DNA of 64,000 nucleotides from Phormidesmis sp. (GCA_965248535.1 CBDFJR010000002.1:1504001-1568000); one strand, 5' to 3'; counted from the stretch's first letter, positions 41,875 through 52,897 are shown. Translations and numbers: made by a program. Notes: generated by a model from the sequence alone, not told the origin.

Positions 41875-42627
41875 AAAAAACTCCAAAAAACTTTAAGAGG
41901 GCAAAATCTGAGTAGGTTTGAGCGACGATCGCTCCCTGCATCTTTAACAACAGGAACGCCGTCAAACAGGACAAAAATCTGTGAATCTTGAAGCATCAGC
42001 GCGATTGCCACACTGAAGTAGAGCAATTCTTGCTAGAGATTTGCCGCGATGCTCAGAGCGTTAAAAAACAGGGAACTACAGGCTGAATGTCTACGATCGA
42101 GGGTCTTGGTTTAGTGGTTCTATTGTTCAATCCAAAACGCCAATCGATATCACCGTGTTCGGTCTAACTTGCTACCTACACACTGTAAACGACAATGACT
42201 AAGTTACCTACGTGTTTACAGTTGTCTTTTCCGGAAATTTATATTTTTTATACGTATTTCTTCTGTTTTCGTTGAGAAAACTGGTGGTTTGAGGGAAAAA
42301 TCATCTCAAAACTAGGGGTTGAGGGTCATAACTTCTTGTGTTCTTCATAACACGCCCTTAGTTTAATCTCTAGTAAGAGTTAATGTCCAGTGTTGAAGAT
42401 CAAAGTTACTGAGTTCTTAATAGTCCCAGTGTTGCTATAAATTGAATGATTGATTATCGATAAATGGACTTTGTAAGTAGCATAATATTTATAATAAAAA
42501 ACTTCTTTACGATCGGCTATTTTAATGATTATATCTTGTTCCTTCTAGCATTAATAACTGCATTACTAGTATCGTTCTTTCAATCAGGGAAATTTGCTGC
42601 ATAGAGAGCTACCTTCCCTGACCAGTG

Positions 42628-43659
42628 CTACAGCTTTGACGCACACAGAGCCGCGCCAATTAGCCCAACGTGGGGGTTGAGAACAATCTGAACGGGAATG
42701 CGCTCTAAAATCGAACCCATGCGACCTTTATGAATGAAGGCAGTCAAAAAACCGCCCTCCTGAATCAAGGGTAGAATCTTCGCCGCAATGCCGCCTGCAA
42801 TATACAAACCCGCGTAGGGAAGCAGTTTTAGCGCTAGATTTCCCGCTTCAGCGCCATAGGATTCGACAAACATTTGCATGGTCTTTTCGGATAAAAGATC
42901 GCTGTTTTCTAACGCTGCCTTGGCGATCGCTGCCGCCGGGTCAACCGTTTTTTCGCGTCCTGCCTGAGATTCCCACGCTCTGACGACTTCACCCACTTCA
43001 GGCGACTCGGTGGCAAACTGGCGATCGCGCAAAAACTGATAGATGGCCACCACTCCCTGACCCGACACCACGCGCTCGGCTGAGATGCGATCGATGTGGT
43101 GTTTGTCGAGCAAATAGCGAGAAAGCTGAAACTCTAGCTCCGATCGGGGTGCAAAATCTGCGTGTCCGCCTTCGGAGCCAAACACCTGATAGCCATCACC
43201 TGTATGGATTAGATAGCCTTGTCCTAACCCGGTTCCCGCCCCTAGAACGGCGATCGGGGCCTTTTCTTGAGGCTGTCCGGCTTGCAGCAGATGCAGATCT
43301 GACTCGTCTAAACCCAACACCCCATAGCCGACTGCTTCAAAGTCATTGATCAACGAGATCTTAGAAATCGCTAACACCTGCGACATCCGATCGGCTTCTA
43401 AAGTCCAGCCGACGTTAGTCACTTTTGACGTGTTGTTAACCACAGGGCCAGCGATCGCAAAGCACGCTGTTTCGGGCGCAAAAGTCTGCCCCAATGCTTG
43501 CTCGGCCGCCGAGAGAAACGTCTGCACCATCGGCACCAAATCGGGAAAATCATGACTGGAATAGCGCACTTCATAGAGCGACTGCAACGAGTCTGCTGAT
43601 TTGACCAAGCGCAAAATCGTCTTGGTGCCGCCGATGTCTCCTGCTAGCAATGTGGTCAT
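42628..43659 (-). CDS. glk: Glucokinase
   Basis: LAGDIGGTKT, LINDF, GAGTGLG, SEGGH, ERVVSG. Confidence 0.96.
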   Translation of the reverse strand: MTTLLAGDIGGTKTILRLVKSADSLQSLYEVRYSSHDFPDLVPMVQTFLSAAEQALGQTFAPETACFAIAGPVVNNTSKVTNVGWTLEADRMSQVLAISKISLINDFEAVGYGVLGLDESDLHLLQAGQPQEKAPIAVLGAGTGLGQGYLIHTGDGYQVFGSEGGHADFAPRSELEFQLSRYLLDKHHIDRISAERVVSGQGVVAIYQFLRDRQFATESPEVGEVVRAWESQAGREKTVDPAAAIAKAALENSDLLSEKTMQMFVESYGAEAGNLALKLLPYAGLYIAGGIAAKILPLIQEGGFLTAFIHKGRMGSILERIPVQIVLNPHVGLIGAALCASKL

Positions 43660-43761
43660 TAGTTAACTCCTCTAACTACGTGAAACTTAGCGAACTTGAG
43701 ACAGATCTGCAACGCGCTTCAGACACCTCTACAATGCAAGAAGAGTGCAAGAAGAGACGAA

Positions 43762-44403
43762 ATGAATTCACCGATCGCTGATTTAAGAAAAGACTACACC
43801 CTAGAAGAACTCAACGAAACGCAGGTTGATTCTAATCCCTTCGTGCAGTTTCAGCGCTGGTTTGATCAGGCAGTGGCGGCACAGCTTCCTGAGCCTAACG
43901 CCATGACTGTTGCAACGGCGACTAAAGCGGGCATTCCGTCGGCGAGAATTGTGTTGCTAAAAGGCTTTGACGATCGGGGTTTTGTGTTCTACACCAACTA
44001 CCACAGTCACAAAGCGCAAGAGTTAATGGACAATCCCCACGCGGCGATCGTGTTTTTGTGGGCCGAGTTAGAGCGACAGATTCGCATTGTGGGCAATGTC
44101 GAAAAAATTGCGGCCGAAGAATCGGATGCTTATTTTTATAGTCGCCCGATCGCCAGTCGTCTCGGTGCTTGGGCTTCAGAACAAAGCCAGGTGATTGCCA
44201 GTCGCGATGTTTTAGAACACCGATTAAACGAGCTAAAAACCCAGTACGAAACTCAAGAGATTCCCCGTCCGCCCCACTGGGGAGGGTTTCGAGTCAAGCC
44301 AATCGAGATAGAGTTTTGGCAGGGGCGATCAAGTCGATTGCACGATCGACTGCGCTATCGGCTGCAAAATGGAGAGTGGATGCGCGATCGCTTGTCTCCT
44401 TAA
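43762..44403 (+). CDS. pdxH: Pyridoxamine 5'-phosphate oxidase
   Basis: [32 protein letters not shown]. Confidence 0.96.
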   Translation: MNSPIADLRKDYTLEELNETQVDSNPFVQFQRWFDQAVAAQLPEPNAMTVATATKAGIPSARIVLLKGFDDRGFVFYTNYHSHKAQELMDNPHAAIVFLWAELERQIRIVGNVEKIAAEESDAYFYSRPIASRLGAWASEQSQVIASRDVLEHRLNELKTQYETQEIPRPPHWGGFRVKPIEIEFWQGRSSRLHDRLRYRLQNGEWMRDRLSP

Positions 44404-44525
44404 AAAAGTTCTGAGCGGTTTTGGGCTTTCGTGAGACGTTAGTTTTAGCTACGATAACTACACATCAAATTTGAGGAGCAGCCTTGCTGTTCCCGTGCCG
44501 GGTTTTTACGTTTATTTTTTATGTC

Positions 44526-44906
44526 ATGGCGATCGAACTTGGCCCGTTTATTTTTCCGATTGATCCCACTGTGATTGCGGGGGTCGCTCTGTGGTCGCTG
44601 GCTCTCTACTTGGGGTTTTCCCCGATCGGGGACTGGGTGATCGAGCAACTCAATCGCTGGTTTAATTTTGCAGAGCGATCGCTCTACACATCAGAAGAAG
44701 AATTTGAGAAGACTCGACCCGCAAGAGAAGCCCAAAACGCCTTCTACGCCTCTGTTTTCAGCATCATTCCATTTTTGGCGGTGGGTGCTCTGTGCAGCTA
44801 TGGAGTCGAGGTGAGCTTGGGCAAAAGTTGGGCCATCAGCGTAGGCATTCTCGCCTGCATGGGCTGCGGAATTTATGAACTGGGTCGCCGAGACGGGCAG
44901 ATCTGA
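44526..44906 (+). CDS. Conserved cyanobacterial membrane protein
   Basis: LWSLALYLGF, AREAQNAFYAS, GIYELGRRDG. Confidence 0.75.
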   Translation: MAIELGPFIFPIDPTVIAGVALWSLALYLGFSPIGDWVIEQLNRWFNFAERSLYTSEEEFEKTRPAREAQNAFYASVFSIIPFLAVGALCSYGVEVSLGKSWAISVGILACMGCGIYELGRRDGQI

Positions 44907-44969
44907 ATCTTAAACTTCTCCCGTCGCAAATTCTCATAGACTAACAGTGGCAAGTCAAGGAAACTAACT

Positions 44970-45956
44970 GTGACTCATCCTCGTGTTATTTGTCTGGGCG
45001 AAATCTTATTTGACTGCATTGCCGATCAGCCAGGGCGATCGCTTGAAACGGTTGACTCATGGACTTCTTATGCCGGGGGTGCGCCCGCAAATGTGGCCTG
45101 TGCGTTGACAAAGCTCGGCACCGCGTCGGCGTTTGTGGGCTGCGTTGGGCAAGACGACCCCGGACGATCGCTCGTTGAGTTGCTGCAAGCGGTTGGGGTA
45201 GACACCACGGGCATCCAGTCTCACCCGACTGCGCCGACGCGCACAGTGATGGTGTTGAGGTCAGAGACGGGCGATCGTAGCTTTGTGGCCTTTGGCGGCA
45301 AGCGCTCCTCGTCAGAGTTTGCTGACACCCATCTGCAAGCCGCCCAGCTAACCCCGGCTCTGTTTGAGTCCGCCGACTTTTTGGTCTTGGGCACCCTCGA
45401 ACTGGCTTATTTAGACAGTCGTGGCGCGATCGCTCGGGCCCTCGAACTGTGTGAACAGTTTTTCGTCAAAATTGTCCTCGATGTCAACTGGCGACCCGTG
45501 TTTTGGGCCGATGCTCAAGCGGCTCTGCCCATGATTCACGATCTGATCAAACGAGTCGATTTTCTCAAAGTGGCCCAAGAAGAAGCCGACTGGCTCTTTG
45601 GCACCACCGACCCCGGCGCGATCGCTCATCGCCTAGGCACCCTAGAAGGGGTTTTAGTCACCGCAGGCGATAAGGGCTGCGCCTATTGTCTCGGAGAAAA
45701 CGAAGGAAAAGTGCCCGCTTTTAAGGTTGACGTTGAAGACACAACCGGAGCCGGAGACAGCTTTGTAGCAGGATTTGTGCATCAACTCTGTCAGCATGGC
45801 ATTCAAAACTTGACGAACCCTGATCTAGCCAAAAGCGCCGCCACCTATGCCAGCGCTGCGGGAGCGTTGACCACCCTCAGACTGGGCGCGATCGCCGCTC
45901 AACCCACCGCCGCCGAAGTTGATGCGTTTCTCTTTTTGCAGCAGCAAGGAGGTTAA
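44970..45956 (+). CDS. PfkB-family carbohydrate kinase (fructokinase-like)
   Basis: GGAPANVA, DVNWRP, DTTGAGDSF. Confidence 0.93.
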   Translation: MTHPRVICLGEILFDCIADQPGRSLETVDSWTSYAGGAPANVACALTKLGTASAFVGCVGQDDPGRSLVELLQAVGVDTTGIQSHPTAPTRTVMVLRSETGDRSFVAFGGKRSSSEFADTHLQAAQLTPALFESADFLVLGTLELAYLDSRGAIARALELCEQFFVKIVLDVNWRPVFWADAQAALPMIHDLIKRVDFLKVAQEEADWLFGTTDPGAIAHRLGTLEGVLVTAGDKGCAYCLGENEGKVPAFKVDVEDTTGAGDSFVAGFVHQLCQHGIQNLTNPDLAKSAATYASAAGALTTLRLGAIAAQPTAAEVDAFLFLQQQGG

Positions 45957-45957
45957 T

Positions 45958-46425
45958 GTGGGCGTTGAAATCGAACGCAAGTTTTTAGTCACTCACGATC
46001 GCTGGCGTGATCTCGCTCCCGGCGTGCTTTATCGTCAGGGCTACATTCCCACGCAGTCAGGGCAAACGGTGCGCGTCAGAATTGCAGGCGATCGCGCCTT
46101 TATCACCCTTAAAGGAGCCTCTCAGGGAATTGCCCGATCGGAGTTTGAATACCCCATCCCGATCGAGGATGCCAATGAGATCTTAACCACTCTCTGTTCG
46201 CCGCCTCTCATTGAGAAATATCGCCACAAAATTGACTTAAACGGTCTGACTTGGGAGGTTGACGAATTTTTGGGCGAAAATCAGGGGCTAGTGATCGCAG
46301 AAGTTGAGCTAGAAAATGATGACCAAGCGATCGAGCGACCCGACTGGATCGGCGAAGACGTGTCTCACGATGTGCGTTACTACAACTCTAATCTAGTCAC
46401 TCATCCCTTTAGCCGCTGGTCGTGA
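45958..46425 (+). CDS. CYTH-domain protein
   Basis: EIERKFLV, RSEFEYPIP, AEVEL; SD AGGAGG before GTG. Confidence 0.92.
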   Translation: MGVEIERKFLVTHDRWRDLAPGVLYRQGYIPTQSGQTVRVRIAGDRAFITLKGASQGIARSEFEYPIPIEDANEILTTLCSPPLIEKYRHKIDLNGLTWEVDEFLGENQGLVIAEVELENDDQAIERPDWIGEDVSHDVRYYNSNLVTHPFSRWS

Positions 46426-46499
46426 CGTTGGTTTTATAGATTCAGCATCGGCACCAACGGCTCTCAGCGATCGCTTCAAACGATTCAAAATTGTAGGAA

Positions 46500-47066
46500 T
46501 CACGGCTCCACGTCTGACCAGAGCCGCTCTAACTGGCGTTGCCAGGCGGACAAGACCTCTTCTCGCGATCGCGCTCCCATTTCTAGTTCGCCCATGAGTC
46601 CTTCTTGATAAAAGCGATCAAGGGTTTGCAGAGTGGATTCTAGCGATTGCCCCTGGCGTTTTGCGGCCTGAATGATTAGACGAATCCGCTTTTCGGCAAA
46701 GGCGTTGAATCCGATGTCGATGCCCGATGCTCGCAGCGCTATCAGTCGGTGAACTGCTGTGGTGAAATCGGCGATCGTCAGCCCGGCTAAACTGTGCTGA
46801 AAGACTCCCCACAACACCTCTTGATGCAGCCCATAGCGCACTTCTTGAGTCGCGTCAAAGTTGGCTTCTAATAATTCTGCTAGATAGAGTTGGGCATCTT
46901 GGGCAGGCACGATCGGCACCAAAACCCTCAGCCACGAGTGATCGTCTGACAGCAACACCAACACCCTAAACTGATCGGTCTCTATCTGATAAGAGTTGGC
47001 ATCAGCGATTTGAACAGAGGAGCCAAACGAGTCGGTAAGCGCTTTAGCAAGGTCTTCTTGAATCAT
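46500..47066 (-). CDS. Conserved hypothetical (YbjN/T3SS-chaperone-like N-terminus)
   Basis: WLRVLVPI, LLEANFD.TQEVRY, TLQTLDRFY.EG. Confidence 0.7.
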   Translation of the reverse strand: MIQEDLAKALTDSFGSSVQIADANSYQIETDQFRVLVLLSDDHSWLRVLVPIVPAQDAQLYLAELLEANFDATQEVRYGLHQEVLWGVFQHSLAGLTIADFTTAVHRLIALRASGIDIGFNAFAEKRIRLIIQAAKRQGQSLESTLQTLDRFYQEGLMGELEMGARSREEVLSAWQRQLERLWSDVEP

Positions 47067-47114
47067 GAATCCTATAAAGTGACTTCTTTCCACCCTACAC
47101 CGTGGGCACACTGC

Positions 47115-47151
47115 AAAAAAATCCCCCGATCGGCCGACGATCAAGGGATTT
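47115..47151 (-). terminator. Probable terminator after the DUF4912 gene
   Basis: AAATCCC..GATCG...CGATC..GGGATTT stem with T-run on the minus strand. Confidence 0.55.
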
Positions 47152-47177
47152 GACAGGGAGATTAAGAAAATTGACGA

Positions 47178-48425
47178 CTAGACCAACCACTCTTGCACGG
47201 CTTCTTCTTTGGTGTTGGTGCGACGACTGGGCGTTTCGCGCTCAAACTTCATGTGCACTTCCCGCGTTTGTTCACCATCGACGGCAACGGCCATGATCGG
47301 GTAGTCAATCAAGCCATCTTGGAACGACATCTGAAAACGGAACGTGCCATCGGCGTTGAGTTTGATCGGCTGACCCGCGATCGTCACGGTGGCATCGGGT
47401 TCGGTTGCGCCATAAACAATCAGTTCGGCATCGGCCACTAGCCAAAACTGCCGGGGACGAATGGGCGGTGCCGAAGCGCCAAAGCCAATGCCTGACATGC
47501 CCACCCCAGACATCGTTAAGCCAGAAGTGGTCGGCACGGCCCACATCCCCACCCCTGATGGAAAGACGTAGGAGCTAATTGCTTCTTCGTGAATCGGCGC
47601 TTGCTGCATTGAGCCATAGAGCGACCCGGCGATGCGCTGGGCTTCGACGCTTTCGGCTAGGTCAAAGATGCGATCGTAGATGGGGTTGCCCACGCCGCCG
47701 TTAGGTGCGGTTGCAGGATAGGCCATGCGCTTGGTCGGAGAAACCAGCTCTAAGAAGGTCTGACCGCGCAGATCTTCATCCCACTCGACGGTGACAAAGT
47801 GGTCTTCGATCCAGTCAGAGGGGTAAACGGGAGGCACCCGAACCGGGGCCGATCGGGCTAGCACCAGCCAGCGACCATCGGCACAGCGATAGCCCATCTC
47901 AACCATATAGTCACGATCGCTGACGGGAATCGGCAGATACCATTCTCTTGCTAGCTCATCGCAGGGATATTCTTGAACGCTGTGGGGGCTTTGATATTCG
48001 ACGCTGATATCGGTGACATCGTAGAGGCGCAGAGCTAGCTGCTGACCGCCTTGGCGACGCAAATCTTCTTTATGCTCATTGGGCACATCCCAATAGGTAT
48101 AAGCCCACTGGGGGTCGCGGGGCATGATCACGACGCGGCTCTCACCATAGCCTTCAGGCAGGTCGGTGAGATCTTCGTCAACGGCTGCCAATGCACCCCC
48201 TACGAGATCGCTCTGTCCAACATCAAACTTTGCTGCTTCCACTTCTTCTTGTGCCTCAATTGTGCGGGTTTGGGTCGGGGAAAGTCGGCTGCGCTGAATC
48301 TCTTCGATCGAGGCTAAAAGCTGGTCTTTTCGCATTCGACTATAGCGAGAGACTCCATATTCACTGGCGACTCGGCGCAGTTGCCGGAGCGTCATTTCAT
48401 TTAACGGAGGACGTTCGGTTGCCAT
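47178..48425 (-). CDS. DUF4912 domain protein with Rho-N-like N-terminus
   Basis: EMTLRQLRRVA..YSRMRK; LPEGYGESR...PRDPQWAY.YWD; FWLVADAELIVYGATEP. Confidence 0.88.
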   Translation of the reverse strand: MATERPPLNEMTLRQLRRVASEYGVSRYSRMRKDQLLASIEEIQRSRLSPTQTRTIEAQEEVEAAKFDVGQSDLVGGALAAVDEDLTDLPEGYGESRVVIMPRDPQWAYTYWDVPNEHKEDLRRQGGQQLALRLYDVTDISVEYQSPHSVQEYPCDELAREWYLPIPVSDRDYMVEMGYRCADGRWLVLARSAPVRVPPVYPSDWIEDHFVTVEWDEDLRGQTFLELVSPTKRMAYPATAPNGGVGNPIYDRIFDLAESVEAQRIAGSLYGSMQQAPIHEEAISSYVFPSGVGMWAVPTTSGLTMSGVGMSGIGFGASAPPIRPRQFWLVADAELIVYGATEPDATVTIAGQPIKLNADGTFRFQMSFQDGLIDYPIMAVAVDGEQTREVHMKFERETPSRRTNTKEEAVQEWLV

Positions 48426-48799
48426 AAAACAAGCTCCAATCAGGCGGACGGAATTTTTCTAATGAATAAAAACGCATAAGTTTACGTTTGTTAACAAATC
48501 GGGGATCGCTTTCTGACCCCAATGTTGCAGGAAAGACATAATGGGTCAAGGGGTAAAACGGTTGAATTTAGAGGCGATCGACGAAATTATAGGCACTATG
48601 GGGATCGTCATGTCATGAAGCTCTGACATAATTTTGAGCATGGGGATCGAAGCGCTAACCCTGAGAGTACAAAGATCCCAAAAGAAATCTAAATGTCAGA
48701 GTTTCTTAACTTAAGCGCCAAAAATTGGGGCTAATGGATGAATGACGCAGAGTTTGATCGTTTCCTGTAGACTGCTGTAAAGTCTGATGTTGCTTATTT

Positions 48800-49615
48800 A
48801 TGGATTCTTCTGAGCCTGACGTTTGGGATGCTGATGCTGTTATGGGAGATGACCCGGAACGGGTTCCCCTCAGTCAAGCCGTTCGCCCCTTAAAACTGGG
48901 TTTGATCTCTAAAGTGCTGGCCTCGGCGGTGGGGCTGTGGCTACGATCGCAGGTCGAGCACATTGAGGCGCTAGAAGTAGAGGTGGAAGCGGGCGATCGC
49001 CAAATTCTCTCAGGCTGCATTCCCCAAGTCAGGCTGTCGGCTCACAGCGCGGTTTATCAGGGCTTGCATCTCAGTCAAGTGCAGTTGACGGGGCAAAATA
49101 TCCGCATCAATCTAGGGCAAGTCTTGCGAGGAAAGCCTTTGCGGTTGCTCGAACCGATTCAGGTCGGGGGCACGGTGCTGTTGCAGCAGGCTGATTTGAA
49201 TGCGTCGCTGGCGGCCCCGCTGTTGGCAAATGGGGTAACTGAGTTTTTGTTGACGCTGCTGAATGCCAGTGATCTAGGCGACGTGCCTCTAGACTCTGAC
49301 CCTCGGCTCAATCTGCAAAACCTAGAGATTATTCTCGATGTAGATTTAGTGACCCTGAGCGCTTCCTTAATTTCAGTGACGGGCACGGCTACCCCGATCG
49401 CAATTCGCACCGGGTTTTCGTTGGCGAGTCCTCACGAGTTGATGCTGGTCAATCCTCAATGGCTGCCCCACGCCACGGCCAAGCGAGGGCTGCCCTTGAG
49501 CGACTTAGAGGGTTACACGTTTGACTTGGGGGCAGAAACTCAGATTGAGCGACTGATGTTAGAAGCCGGACAGGTTAGCTGTCAAGCCACTCTATTAGTC
49601 AGGGTCGAAGATTAA
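48800..49615 (+). CDS. DUF2993 (LmeA-like) protein
   Basis: LWLRSQV, AVYQGL.L, INLGQVLRGKPLRLLEPI, DLNASL. Confidence 0.8.
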   Translation: MDSSEPDVWDADAVMGDDPERVPLSQAVRPLKLGLISKVLASAVGLWLRSQVEHIEALEVEVEAGDRQILSGCIPQVRLSAHSAVYQGLHLSQVQLTGQNIRINLGQVLRGKPLRLLEPIQVGGTVLLQQADLNASLAAPLLANGVTEFLLTLLNASDLGDVPLDSDPRLNLQNLEIILDVDLVTLSASLISVTGTATPIAIRTGFSLASPHELMLVNPQWLPHATAKRGLPLSDLEGYTFDLGAETQIERLMLEAGQVSCQATLLVRVED

Positions 49616-49688
49616 GAGAAGCTAGAATCTCCATAATCGGTTGAATTGATCGAGCGATCGCTAGCTGACCTAAAGCGATCGGAGGTTT

Positions 49689-50558
49689 TTATTTAGGCAA
49701 CAAGGGCAACACAAGGGTCACAAAATAGTAGACCAGCGGAGCCGTAAACACGTAGCTATCAGCGCGATCGAGAATGCCTCCATGACCCGGAATCAACTGC
49801 CCAGAATCTTTGACCCCCGCATCGCGCTTCATCATCGACTCGGTTAAGTCACCCAATAGACTAGCAATGCCGATCAAAAGACCGAGGGCTATCCCCGCGA
49901 TCGGCCAGCCCGACCAATGGAGATACCACGATCCCAGAATGGCCACTGCAACACTAGCCGCTACGCCAAACACCGCTCCTTCGACGGTTTTTTTAGGGCT
50001 GATATCTGAGAGCCGCGTGCGCCCGATCCAGCGCCCGATCGTGTAGGCCCCAATGTCAGCCGCCCAAATGCACAAAAATGCCAACAGGGTGTCAGTCAGC
50101 CCGCTTGGAAGCGCCTCTAAACCATGCCAAGAGCTTGTCCAGAAGCCGTTAAGGGGTAAATTGCTCACCTCAGCTTGACCCAAAAATCGCAGGCGAATCC
50201 AATAACTAGGCAAATAGCCGCCGTAGAATAAGCCCATGATCGAAGCTGAGATATCTGCGATCGTCGCAAATTTGGGCTGAAACAGCAGGTAGAAACAGAT
50301 AAACGTTCCGGCCACCGGGAAGATGGCATCGGCCATCGGTGGCGAAATGTTAGAAACGACTAATAAAATTTGGCTCACGACCAGCGTTGTTTTGACCGCC
50401 GGGGCGATGCCTTTAGCACGAGCAAGCTGAAAATATTCTAACTGCCCCAAATAGATGATGAGGCAAAACCCAGCCGTAAAGTACCATCCGCCCAGCAGCA
50501 TCATGCCTAGCGCTAGAACGATCGCGACAATTCCACTACTGATTCGAGACCAAGGCAT
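49689..50558 (-). CDS. cdsA: Phosphatidate cytidylyltransferase
   Basis: ISPKKTVEG, GDLTESMMKRDAGVKDSG..IPGHGGILDR. Confidence 0.96.
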   Translation of the reverse strand: MPWSRISSGIVAIVLALGMMLLGGWYFTAGFCLIIYLGQLEYFQLARAKGIAPAVKTTLVVSQILLVVSNISPPMADAIFPVAGTFICFYLLFQPKFATIADISASIMGLFYGGYLPSYWIRLRFLGQAEVSNLPLNGFWTSSWHGLEALPSGLTDTLLAFLCIWAADIGAYTIGRWIGRTRLSDISPKKTVEGAVFGVAASVAVAILGSWYLHWSGWPIAGIALGLLIGIASLLGDLTESMMKRDAGVKDSGQLIPGHGGILDRADSYVFTAPLVYYFVTLVLPLLPK

Positions 50559-50708
50559 AGCACTAATTTAGGTGAAGGTAACCTGTCTAGGAAAGATGAC
50601 TACTCCTCAGCACTCGCTCAAAGAGGGGTGAAGGTTAAGAAGGTTAAGCGGAGCTTTGCAACACTTTAACGGAGAATAGGGCAACGGGTGAAGCGAGCGA
50701 CGATTTTC

Positions 50709-51308
50709 TTATAAAAGCTTTTCACCACTGAGCACAAAGATCGGATCGACGGCTGCAAAGATTTGGTTAGTGCCGCGAGTTTCAAGACGATTGACCGCAG
50801 ATTGCACCACTTCAATATTACGGGCTTGCAGTTCGGCGAGGCTCTCTGAGATCTGATAAAGCGTTTCTAAGTTGGCCGCCGTTGCCACCACTCGCCCATT
50901 GGGGTTTAGCGATCGCCAGACTTCTTTAAGAATGGCTTTCAGCGATCGCCCGCCTTCGATGCAGACCCGATCGGGGGGCACTAACCCCTTGAGACAGTCT
51001 GGCGCACTGCCTTCGATGATTTCGACATTGGTGACCCCAAAGCGATCGCAGTTGCGGCGAATTAAGCTCGCGACTTCTTCATCGCGCTCAACAGCGATAA
51101 TTTTTCCACCCGGACAGAGCAACCCGGCCTCGACGGGAATCGTACCAGTGCCCGCGCCAATGTCCCACAGCACTGAGTCGCGATTTAGCCGCAGATGAGA
51201 CAGCAGCAGCAATCTAACTTCTCGCTGACTCATGGGAATGCCCGGTAGATTTTCAAACAAATCGTCAGGAATGCCGGGAGTCACGTAAGGCCAAAGGGGA
51301 GAAGGCAT
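50709..51308 (-). CDS. cbiT: Precorrin-6B C15-methyltransferase (decarboxylating)
   Basis: GIPDDLF, WDIGAGTG SAM motif, EGSAP. Confidence 0.92.
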   Translation of the reverse strand: MPSPLWPYVTPGIPDDLFENLPGIPMSQREVRLLLLSHLRLNRDSVLWDIGAGTGTIPVEAGLLCPGGKIIAVERDEEVASLIRRNCDRFGVTNVEIIEGSAPDCLKGLVPPDRVCIEGGRSLKAILKEVWRSLNPNGRVVATAANLETLYQISESLAELQARNIEVVQSAVNRLETRGTNQIFAAVDPIFVLSGEKLL

Positions 51309-51377
51309 GGTAGAAGGAAGGCTCAATGAGTCGATCGTAGTGTGATTAACGCAAATCGGGTCAACCTTGACAAAATT

Positions 51378-52859
51378 TCAGGTGCTTTTGACGACTCGTA
51401 GTGTTTTAAGACTGGAGTCTGCACAGCCGCTAATTAGTCCTCCAGCCGCCAAAATCTCTTGGAGCGTAGCGATCGCTCCTTGACTAATCTGTTCACCCGG
51501 CAGCAAAACCGGAATGCCCGGTGGATAGGGGCACACTAGCTCGGCGCTGATGCGATCGACGGTTTGGGCGATCGAGAGCGTTTCACTAGGGGCAAAAAAA
51601 GCCTGACGCGGAGAGAGCAAAGAGCCGTGCGAGTTGTGAAGGCTGAGGCTTCTAACGGGGTTCTGGCTCGGCGCAACTGCCCCGTTAGCTAGGGTAGTGA
51701 AGGCCTGCACGAGTTGATCAATGTCGGCTTGAGTGTTGCCCAAACTGATGATAAATGTGAGGTGCTGCAACGATGGAAACTCAGCCGTCACGCCCAAGGT
51801 TTGGTGCAAGATCTCGTCTGCTCTAAAGCCATCCATCCCCAACTCAGACACGGTGACGGTGAGACGGGTGCGATCGAGGGCCCAAAATCCTGAAGTCTGA
51901 CCCGCTTGGTGAGCATTCAACGTCGAGAGATGAGGAATTTGACCAAGGCGCGATCGGGCTTGATCGGCTAATTGCAGGGTTCGCTCCATCAGACCTGATC
52001 CCTGGGTGGCCATTTGCTGCCGCGCTGCATCCAACGAAGCCAACAGCAAATAACTCGGACTCGTCGATTGCACTAGCTGTAGGGCTTTGCTGACGCGATC
52101 GCGATCCACGCGGCTACCCTGACAGTGCAGCATCGCTGCTTGAGTCATGGCAGAGAGGGTTTTGTGAGTCGATTGCACGGTTAGGTCAGCCCCCGCAGAC
52201 AGCGCAGAATCTGGCAATTCAGGATGAAAGGCAAAATGGGCCCCGTGAGCCTCATCCACCAAGAGTGGCAGATGGTGTCGATGAGCCAGATCAGCGATCG
52301 CCTCCACGTCACCACAAACCCCCTCATAAGTCGGATAGACCATCATCACGGCTTTGCTGTCTGGATGCTGCCTAAGAGCCTCTTCAACGGCTGGGGGGGT
52401 GATGCTGTGGGCGAGGTCACGATCGGCATCATACTCAGGATTGATGAAGATCGGCACTGCCCCCGAAAGAATCAGCCCCGAAATCGCAGATTGATGCACG
52501 TTGCGTGGCAAGATGATTTTATCGCCAGCTTCACAGGTTGCCAAAATAGCCGCGATCACACCACAGGTTGAGCCGTTGACTAAAAACCAGGTTTGTTCGG
52601 CTCCAAATGCCTCTGCTGCCAGGGTTTGAGCAGCTTTGATTGCGCCTTGAGGGGCAAACAGATTATCGAGTTCGGGCAGTTCAGGCAGATCCGATCGCCA
52701 CAGTTGCGACCCTAGCAAATCGGCTAAAACCTCCGGAGTTCCCCGTCCTCGCTTATGGCCAGGTGTGTAAAATGGAGCGTTTGAGCTTTGAGCACAGGCC
52801 CGCAAAGCGTCAAGCAGCGGAGTCGCTATTTGGGAAGATGCAATGTCTAAAGGGGTCAT
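51378..52859 (-). CDS. Orn/Lys/Arg decarboxylase (PLP)
   Basis: PGHKRG, VNGST, DEAHGAH, QSTHK, STSPSY, PYPPGIP. Confidence 0.93.
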   Translation of the reverse strand: MTPLDIASSQIATPLLDALRACAQSSNAPFYTPGHKRGRGTPEVLADLLGSQLWRSDLPELPELDNLFAPQGAIKAAQTLAAEAFGAEQTWFLVNGSTCGVIAAILATCEAGDKIILPRNVHQSAISGLILSGAVPIFINPEYDADRDLAHSITPPAVEEALRQHPDSKAVMMVYPTYEGVCGDVEAIADLAHRHHLPLLVDEAHGAHFAFHPELPDSALSAGADLTVQSTHKTLSAMTQAAMLHCQGSRVDRDRVSKALQLVQSTSPSYLLLASLDAARQQMATQGSGLMERTLQLADQARSRLGQIPHLSTLNAHQAGQTSGFWALDRTRLTVTVSELGMDGFRADEILHQTLGVTAEFPSLQHLTFIISLGNTQADIDQLVQAFTTLANGAVAPSQNPVRSLSLHNSHGSLLSPRQAFFAPSETLSIAQTVDRISAELVCPYPPGIPVLLPGEQISQGAIATLQEILAAGGLISGCADSSLKTLRVVKST

Positions 52860-52897
52860 CTAAGTTGGGGAAATCAAATTATTCGTTAGGATATTCT

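Noticed and set aside
52640..52897. N-terminal extension of the proline-rich ORF
   Set aside because: Overlaps the decarboxylase gene antisense; ATG 52898 with an SD-like AGGA is the better start
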